Positions 58,684-64,000 of a stretch of 64,000 nt of DNA are shown in pieces (positions within the stretch are counted from its first letter, which is position 1; each line of letters opens with the position of its first letter). A program made the translations under genes and the position numbers. Source of the stretch: Euglena gracilis (lineage: Eukaryota); assembly GCA_039621445.1 (NCBI GenBank), contig CP154954.1, positions 28,175,037-28,239,036 of the forward strand, in the 5' to 3' direction. The notes under the pieces are model-generated. The model did no database searches and had not been told where the DNA came from. It was given only the letters and a program-made list of their open reading frames with translations.

Positions 58684-61600
58684 TTAGGTCCTGCTTCTTT
58701 TGCCGGCGTGTTGGTTGTTTTTTGGCGGGGTCCCGGACTCCCACGGCACGGGAAGGGACCAAGAGGGCGAGGCGCAAGAAGATGGTGAGTGGTCTTTCTT
58801 ACCGCGCGTTTGTTGCCGGAGTTTGCGGAGGGGTCCCCTGTCCAGACACCTCGAACTCCGCACTTTGCCATTTTCGGACTCCCACGACAGAGGAAGGGGG
58901 AGGAAGGGACCAAGAGGGCGAAGCACAAGAAGATGGTGAGGTCCTGCTTTCCTTGCCGGCTGTTCTGTTCTGGTGTGTTTGTGCGTGCGCGGGGGGTGCT
59001 TCTTACTGCGCCTTTGTTGCCGGAGTTGGCGAAGATGAGGCCTCGTCCGACACCTTGGCGAAGTGGAACCGTCGTGGCCCCGCCCCCCCCTCACGCATGG
59101 TTGCTTGCTGGGGGGCCCCCCCCTCGATGGGGATGGTGGTCTCTTTCTGGTGTTTTTCCGGGTGGGTGGTTGGGGCTGCTTGGTCGGGGGTCCCCTTTCT
59201 GGTTGGGATGTTTTTCTTTTTCCGCTGATTTTTTGGGTGGGGGGGTTGGGCTCACCATCTTCTTGTGCTTCGCCCTCTTGGTCCCTTCCTCCCCCTTCCT
59301 CTGTCGTGGGAGTCCGAGACCATTCGGGCTCCGCACTGCGAGATGGTGAGGTACTGTGCACCCCCCTTTGGGCCATAATATTTTGAATTTTTGAAACGAC
59401 ACCCAGTCGCAAATAGTGAGCTTGGAAGGCCCCAAAATTTTTCCACTGACCCAGCTGCTGGACTTCTTCCACTTGTAAACCCGCATTTTTCCACCATAAA
59501 ACCCCAGCCCCTCTGGTGCTGTGGGGTTTCCAGTGGGTGGTGTCCACCCCCCCCTCTTGCAGAATTTCTTTGGTAAGGGAATTCACTCTTTCTGATGTCA
59601 AAGGTCGTTTACCATCCAAAGACCATAACAAATTATTTTTGTGCCCAACCATGTGGGCTGTCCTTTCCACATACTCTTTCAATAGGTGCCAGGGGCTGAT
59701 GAGGGGGGTGTGTGGTAAATTCAAAACTTCCTCCCATCTTGGGAATTGCCACCCTTTTCTTTGCAATAAAATGAAATTTTTTTCTCCCACGAAACTGATT
59801 TTTCGCTGTGTCCTGGCTAAATCAACCCCCCTGTGGAGGGCCAAAAGCCTCCAACAAATGATGAGTCTGTTTCTGAGCTCTTTCACAGAGAGTTCTGAGA
59901 GGGGTCTTGATTGTTTGATGATGTTGTTTAGAAAATCAGTAGGGTCCCAGAAATGGGCATACTTGCAGACATTGGAATTCCATTTCCTTTTCAATGGAGA
60001 CAAAAGAGGGGAAAACCTCAATGACCCAAACCCTGGGAGTAATAAAACTGCTGCATATGCATTGCGTGCAGTGTTGAGGCTGTGGGCAGCCAAATCAAGG
60101 ATGGCCTCGGCCATCTTGTGGACTGTGCAGTCCTGCAGGGGCACCCCTTTGTGCGACAATTGGCCCACCAATGTCCTGAAGGCTGAATCATATCTCTTGA
60201 CATTTCCCAGATTTTTTATGTAAGTGTCGATACTGGACATCGAAACTTCCTGGGATTGTAATATTTGCCTGACACAATCAAGCAGGCCAATTTCCACCTT
60301 GGGGGGGGCATCTCCTCCCCCCAGCAGTTGGTGAATAGACCCCATTGGGGGGGTACCAACAAAACTTTGCTGCTGCCTGGCTTTCTGATTGCCATTAATT
60401 GGCGCCACCATGATGTTGAAGCCCAGTGGGGTACGATCAACAGACAAGTCAGGTCTGGGTTTACCATTAATCTCTGAACCCATTGGGGAATGATGCTCCA
60501 GGGGGGGTTTGCATAAACTGGGGGGAGCCCCCTCAAATCTGCCTTCAAGGCATCCACCAGCAAAGCCCCTTGGTGGGGGTACCGACAAACAAACTTGGGG
60601 AATTTTTTGTTGCTGGGTGTGCAAAACATGTCCTCCTCTGGGGTAATGTCCTGTCTGAAAAATTTCAGAATTTGGTGAAAGAGATGTAGGTTTTGGGTAT
60701 AATCCCCTGGGTCCTTTTGCTCCCTGGTCAGGGAGTCTGCCAATTGCTCTTTTGTGGGAACCCAAACCACCTGCAAATTGATTTGCTTTTCTAGGCAATG
60801 ATACAGCAGGGGTTTTAAAATGGAATTTAGGTAGGGCTTTTTGCCTCCCCATTTTGTTAGATAACTTACAGCCACTTGGCTGTCCACATGAAGCATTATG
60901 GTTTGTTTTGGCTTTGCCAGACTTTTTACTGTCTCCACTGCTGACATCAATTCTTTTTGGTTGATGTGAAGGATGTGCAGGTCCCTCCAAAAATCCTGCA
61001 CTTTTTGGCCTGAGTTTTTGTCCAGCCCCCCCCACTGCCAGGTGCTGCTGTCTGAAAACAGATCCTGAGAGGCCTGGGATTGAAAGGCTCTGCCCACACC
61101 TGGCTGCAAAAACGCTTTTAACTCCACAATTTGATCTTTGACCCCCTGGGGAATGGTCAGGGTGTGGTCCCAACCCCACTTTGTGTGTAAATCCACCATT
61201 TTGCAAAGTTGATCTGTCAGAATTCTGAGAAATGGCATGGAAACTAAATAGCTTCTGACCTGCCCCACAATAGAGCTGAGTTTTCTGCAGCTCATTTTTT
61301 GTGCTGTGAGCACTTTTCCCAGCTCCTTTCTTAAGGATTTTAGTTTTTCCTGTGGGATTTCCAGCTGGCCCTTTTTCAAATTGACCCACTGGCCCAAATG
61401 TTTTATCTCCTGTGTGGGTTCCAGACAGGATTTGGGGAGGTTTAATCTGAAACCTGCCAATAAAAGGTCCTGCTTTATTTCTGCCAAATGTTGGGCTGCA
61501 GTCTTTTTGCTGGGGGCTAACAGCAAAATGTCGTCTAGGTAGATGAAAACTACCTTTCCCTCCTTTCTCCACTTCCTTTCCCAGACTCTCATGAGAGTCA

Positions 61601-63213
61601 TAAACTTTTGTGGCAGGCTGCTGATGCCAAAACATGCAGCTTGAAACTGCCAAGTTTCCCCCCCCACTTGCATGCAGACATGTTTTTCCAGGCTGCTGTG
61701 CAGTTTTAGGTGAAAATAAGCATCTTTCAGATTTATTTTTCCACAGAACCATCCTTTTCTTAGGTATGGGAAAATGTTTCCCATGTGTTCCAGTCTGAAC
61801 TTCTGGGGGGTGAAGTGGAGATTTAACTGTCGACAATCTGAGATTAATTTCTTTTTTGTCTTTTCCCCCTCTTTTTTGGAAAGGATGAAATAAGGGACAA
61901 AATGTTTTGCCTCCTCTGGGGGGATTTGCCTGGTTGCCCCTGCACATTCGTATTCCCTCAGAATTTTTTGGGCAGTCATTATTTCTTGGGGTGTCTTGAA
62001 GGGAACTTTTAATGACATCTGAGGGGGGAGGGGGAGATCTGCCATAACCCCTTCCCTTATCAGGTTTAATACCTCTCTGCTGGCTCCTGCCTTGACCCAA
62101 TGGGGGATACTGGCCTGCAGGGCCTTGTAGGGGGGCACCCCTGGGTGTAATGTACCTGGGGATTCCACAGGCCCCATCACAGGGGTCCTTCCCCTGGGCT
62201 GCCCCATCACTGGGGGCCCCTCTGGGTGCCCCATCACTGGGGCTGCAGCTGGCCCTGCCATAGGGCTTTCCAAAGACAGGCTTTCCCCCTGTTTTGGAAT
62301 GATGGGGGAAGGTCTGTGGTGGGGTGGTACATATAATGCTGGGCTGATTATCTTCTGGGGGGGGCCTGCCTGAGCCAATCTTGGGCCTCCCCCCCAAGGG
62401 CTGATGTGGTCTTGATGGTTTTGGCCACCACTTGCCTTCAGGGCCCTTGGGCCTCCAGAGGCACTCAGGCCTGCTTGGCCCCCATTGGCCTTTTCTCCAG
62501 GACTTCTCTGTCCATTTGCCTCCATCTGGCTGCCAGTGGCACACAGGCCTGCTTGGCCTCCATTGGCCTTCTTTCCAGGACTTTCTCTTCTCTGTCCTTC
62601 TGGGTTCCCAGTATAGGCCACCATGGCCTGTGTTTGGCATTGGCTTGCTGCTCCTGGGAGGTTTGTGTCTGAAATTGCTGGGGGAAAAGTTGGACATACC
62701 TTTTCCCAATGGGATCTCTCCAGGCTGGGGTACTGGCTGCCATAGCCTTGCCCCTGGGCCCACTGCCCTCTTGAATAATGGCTGCCAGAGCCTTGATTCT
62801 GGGCCCCAGGCCCTGTTGAATGATGGCTGCCATAGCCTTGATTTCGATTTGAATCCTTTGGATTTCTGATCTCCCTTGAGAGGCTGCCATAGCCTTTGCT
62901 TCTTCCCCTGGAAGGGGAGGAACTGAGAAAAAGGGGTGGAGTCTGTTGGACCTGTGATGGTAGTCTCCCTGTGTCTCTTCCTGACCACAGTTGTCCATGG
63001 TCCATGGCCATCATTTTGAGTGGGGGAGTCTGAAATCTTTGATTTGCTGGGGGGTGGGGGGGTTGCGATGGCCACGGACTGACGTGCTGCTGCCGCCTCA
63101 TCTCCTTCTGCAGCTGCTGCTGTGACTTCACCTTCCCCAGCTTCAGTTGACTTCTTGGAAGTTCTTTGCAGTTCTTCTTGAAATTCAGAGTTTCTTTGAA
63201 ATTCATTCTTCAT
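58684..63213 (-). CDS. DIRS tyrosine recombinase ORF (YR domain ~59400-60240) with a long N-terminal extension overlapping Pol
   Basis: Catalytic pattern LHRGVDL ... KPHSTRGAG ... LGQWKN ... AHYLR (R...HxxR...W...Y); 1509 aa without a stop. Confidence 0.88.
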   Translation of the reverse strand: MKNEFQRNSEFQEELQRTSKKSTEAGEGEVTAAAAEGDEAAAARQSVAIATPPPPSKSKISDSPTQNDGHGPWTTVVRKRHRETTITGPTDSTPFSQFLPFQGKKQRLWQPLKGDQKSKGFKSKSRLWQPSFNRAWGPESRLWQPLFKRAVGPGARLWQPVPQPGEIPLGKGMSNFSPSNFRHKPPRSSKPMPNTGHGGLYWEPRRTEKRKSWKEGQWRPSRPVCHWQPDGGKWTEKSWRKGQWGPSRPECLWRPKGPEGKWWPKPSRPHQPLGGRPKIGSGRPPPEDNQPSIICTTPPQTFPHHSKTGGKPVFGKPYGRASCSPSDGAPRGAPSDGAAQGKDPCDGACGIPRYITPRGAPLQGPAGQYPPLGQGRSQQRGIKPDKGRGYGRSPPPPSDVIKSSLQDTPRNNDCPKNSEGIRMCRGNQANPPRGGKTFCPLFHPFQKRGGKDKKEINLRLSTVKSPLHPPEVQTGTHGKHFPIPKKRMVLWKNKSERCLFSPKTAQQPGKTCLHASGGGNLAVSSCMFWHQQPATKVYDSHESLGKEVEKGGKGSFHLPRRHFAVSPQQKDCSPTFGRNKAGPFIGRFQIKPPQILSGTHTGDKTFGPVGQFEKGPAGNPTGKTKILKKGAGKSAHSTKNELQKTQLYCGAGQKLFSFHAISQNSDRSTLQNGGFTHKVGLGPHPDHSPGGQRSNCGVKSVFAARCGQSLSIPGLSGSVFRQQHLAVGGAGQKLRPKSAGFLEGPAHPSHQPKRIDVSSGDSKKSGKAKTNHNASCGQPSGCKLSNKMGRQKALPKFHFKTPAVSLPRKANQFAGGLGSHKRAIGRLPDQGAKGPRGLYPKPTSLSPNSEIFQTGHYPRGGHVLHTQQQKIPQVCLSVPPPRGFAGGCLEGRFEGAPPSLCKPPLEHHSPMGSEINGKPRPDLSVDRTPLGFNIMVAPINGNQKARQQQSFVGTPPMGSIHQLLGGGDAPPKVEIGLLDCVRQILQSQEVSMSSIDTYIKNLGNVKRYDSAFRTLVGQLSHKGVPLQDCTVHKMAEAILDLAAHSLNTARNAYAAVLLLPGFGSLRFSPLLSPLKRKWNSNVCKYAHFWDPTDFLNNIIKQSRPLSELSVKELRNRLIICWRLLALHRGVDLARTQRKISFVGEKNFILLQRKGWQFPRWEEVLNLPHTPLISPWHLLKEYVERTAHMVGHKNNLLWSLDGKRPLTSERVNSLTKEILQEGGVDTTHWKPHSTRGAGVLWWKNAGLQVEEVQQLGQWKNFGAFQAHYLRLGVVSKIQNIMAQRGVHSTSPSRSAEPEWSRTPTTEEGGGRDQEGEAQEDGEPNPPTQKISGKRKTSQPERGPPTKQPQPPTRKNTRKRPPSPSRGGPPSKQPCVRGGRGHDGSTSPRCRTRPHLRQLRQQRRSKKHPPRTHKHTRTEQPARKAGPHHLLVLRPLGPFLPLPLSWESENGKVRSSRCLDRGPLRKLRQQTRGKKDHSPSSCASPSWSLPVPWESGTPPKNNQHAGKRSRT
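58875..59316. repeat. Perfect 66-bp inverted repeat (58875-58940 vs 59251-59316)
   Basis: CGGACTCCCACGACAGAGGAAGGGGGAGGAAGGGACCAAGAGGGCGAAGCACAAGAAGATGGTGAG and its exact reverse complement; degenerate direct copies at 58734-58789 and ~58651-58696. Confidence 0.9.
60216..63206 (-). CDS. DIRS Pol: reverse transcriptase + RNase H + DNA N6-adenine methyltransferase-like domain
   Basis: KLISDCRQLN, KINLKDAYFHL, ACFGISSLP, IYLDDILL (YLDD at 61530-61541); RNase H FSDSS..HINQKEL..VDSQVA..LADSLTR; MTase DMFCT..YANPPWSII (NPPW at 60498-60509). Confidence 0.92.
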   Translation of the reverse strand: MNFKETLNFKKNCKELPRSQLKLGKVKSQQQLQKEMRRQQHVSPWPSQPPHPPANQRFQTPPLKMMAMDHGQLWSGRDTGRLPSQVQQTPPLFLSSSPSRGRSKGYGSLSREIRNPKDSNRNQGYGSHHSTGPGAQNQGSGSHYSRGQWAQGQGYGSQYPSLERSHWEKVCPTFPPAISDTNLPGAASQCQTQAMVAYTGNPEGQRRESPGKKANGGQAGLCATGSQMEANGQRSPGEKANGGQAGLSASGGPRALKASGGQNHQDHISPWGGGPRLAQAGPPQKIISPALYVPPHHRPSPIIPKQGESLSLESPMAGPAAAPVMGHPEGPPVMGQPRGRTPVMGPVESPGTLHPGVPPYKALQASIPHWVKAGASREVLNLIREGVMADLPLPPQMSLKVPFKTPQEIMTAQKILREYECAGATRQIPPEEAKHFVPYFILSKKEGEKTKKKLISDCRQLNLHFTPQKFRLEHMGNIFPYLRKGWFCGKINLKDAYFHLKLHSSLEKHVCMQVGGETWQFQAACFGISSLPQKFMTLMRVWERKWRKEGKVVFIYLDDILLLAPSKKTAAQHLAEIKQDLLLAGFRLNLPKSCLEPTQEIKHLGQWVNLKKGQLEIPQEKLKSLRKELGKVLTAQKMSCRKLSSIVGQVRSYLVSMPFLRILTDQLCKMVDLHTKWGWDHTLTIPQGVKDQIVELKAFLQPGVGRAFQSQASQDLFSDSSTWQWGGLDKNSGQKVQDFWRDLHILHINQKELMSAVETVKSLAKPKQTIMLHVDSQVAVSYLTKWGGKKPYLNSILKPLLYHCLEKQINLQVVWVPTKEQLADSLTREQKDPGDYTQNLHLFHQILKFFRQDITPEEDMFCTPSNKKFPKFVCRYPHQGALLVDALKADLRGLPPVYANPPWSIIPQWVQRLMVNPDLTCLLIVPHWASTSWWRQLMAIRKPGSSKVLLVPPQWGLFTNCWGEEMPPPRWKLACLIVSGKYYNPRKFRCPVSTLT

Positions 63214-63809
63214 GGAAGTCCTTTGTTGATATCTGTGTTTCTGTTCTTTGAATTTCTTGTTCCAGTTGAACTCGAGGCGTTGAATTCTTCCTTCAGGAAG
63301 TTGAAGTTCCGAAGAAAGTTCGGTCCACCAGTTGGTAAAAGTATTGGTTCTCGGGAAGGTAGTACTCCTCGAAAAGCAATTCCACTTGAACTCGTAGCAG
63401 TAAAACTCTTTCTCCTTGAGGTCGAAGGGCAGAATTAGGATCAGCCAACTCCAGCCCGAGGTCTGATGGCACGGACCTCTGGGCTGACGAACAGATGGAG
63501 GAGGAACTGATCACCCCTGTAGCCCCTGCCCATCCGTCTTTCTGGTCGGTACCCGGAAAATTTTTTTATTCCCCCACTCCCCGCACCAAATTTTTACTTA
63601 GAATGTTGAGCAAAGTAAGCAAAGGGTCATGGGACAGTTGGCCCGACAACAATTTTACACCCGACCCTTTGCTTTGCGTACCCCCCATTAAACTTTTGGT
63701 CCAACTGAAAATCGATACTCAAAATTTCCGTGAACAAGCCAAAAATTTATTCGACACATGGTGTCGAATCCCCCTTCTTTTCCGCAAAGGACTTATACCC
63801 ACCCCCCTG

Positions 63810-63911
63810 TTGGCTCATGCCAAGAAGCCCATCAAAATTATGACCGCTGACAATAGCCCCACGTGCGGTGGCGACTTGGAATGCATTTTGGACATAGTTC
63901 TTCCCATTATC
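63810..63911 (-). CDS. Possible exon of an unidentified - strand gene
   Basis: (TG)n tract + cttcAG acceptor followed by DNGKNYVQNAFQVATARGAIVSGHNFDGLLG; no family recognised. Confidence 0.3.
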
Positions 63912-63920
63912 CTGAAGCAC

Positions 63921-63941
63921 CACACACACACACACACACAC
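63921..63941. repeat. (CA)n microsatellite
   Basis: About ten CA units. Confidence 0.9.
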
Positions 63942-64000
63942 CACAATTCCCAAATTTCTGGTACTTGGGCATTCGAGGCGAATACCGCCTGTCAGATTTC

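Larger units (their letters stand above)
58560..63550 (-). mobile_element. DIRS-type tyrosine-recombinase retrotransposon, apparently intact (boundaries approximate)
   Basis: Overlapping long ORFs carrying RT, RNase H, adenine-MTase-like and YR motifs in DIRS order; inverted and direct repeats at the 3' end. Confidence 0.9.

Overview
Intron-rich eukaryotic genomic DNA, most likely a euglenid (inferred from a mix of GT-AG introns and non-GT-AG introns with base-paired CAG...CTG ends, plus a possible trans-splice acceptor just before an ATG). Two + strand genes were rebuilt by hand: an Enhancer-of-polycomb/BRPF/JADE-like (EPL1-domain) chromatin gene and a Misato/DML1 tubulin-like gene. The complete Misato copy spans about 34417-58412 and includes a 14 kb intron holding a ~5.36 kb tandem array with SRCR-like fragments. 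Bases 135-20697 recur at 20711-41361 across an exactly 13-N gap, probably an assembly/haplotype overlap rather than a real duplication. Introns carry many short non-autonomous DNA transposons (MITEs) with CAG/CAT termini and 8-bp target-site duplications (hAT-like), some nested or stacked. Main observation: six non-canonical introns restore conserved reading frames when 3 nt + inverted-repeat body + 5 nt (8 nt of flank, the length of one TSD) are removed, suggesting a MITE-to-intron continuum. An apparently intact DIRS-type tyrosine-recombinase retrotransposon (RT, RNase H, adenine MTase, YR) lies on the - strand at ~58.6-63.5 kb. Family assignments come from motif recognition by eye; no database search was run.
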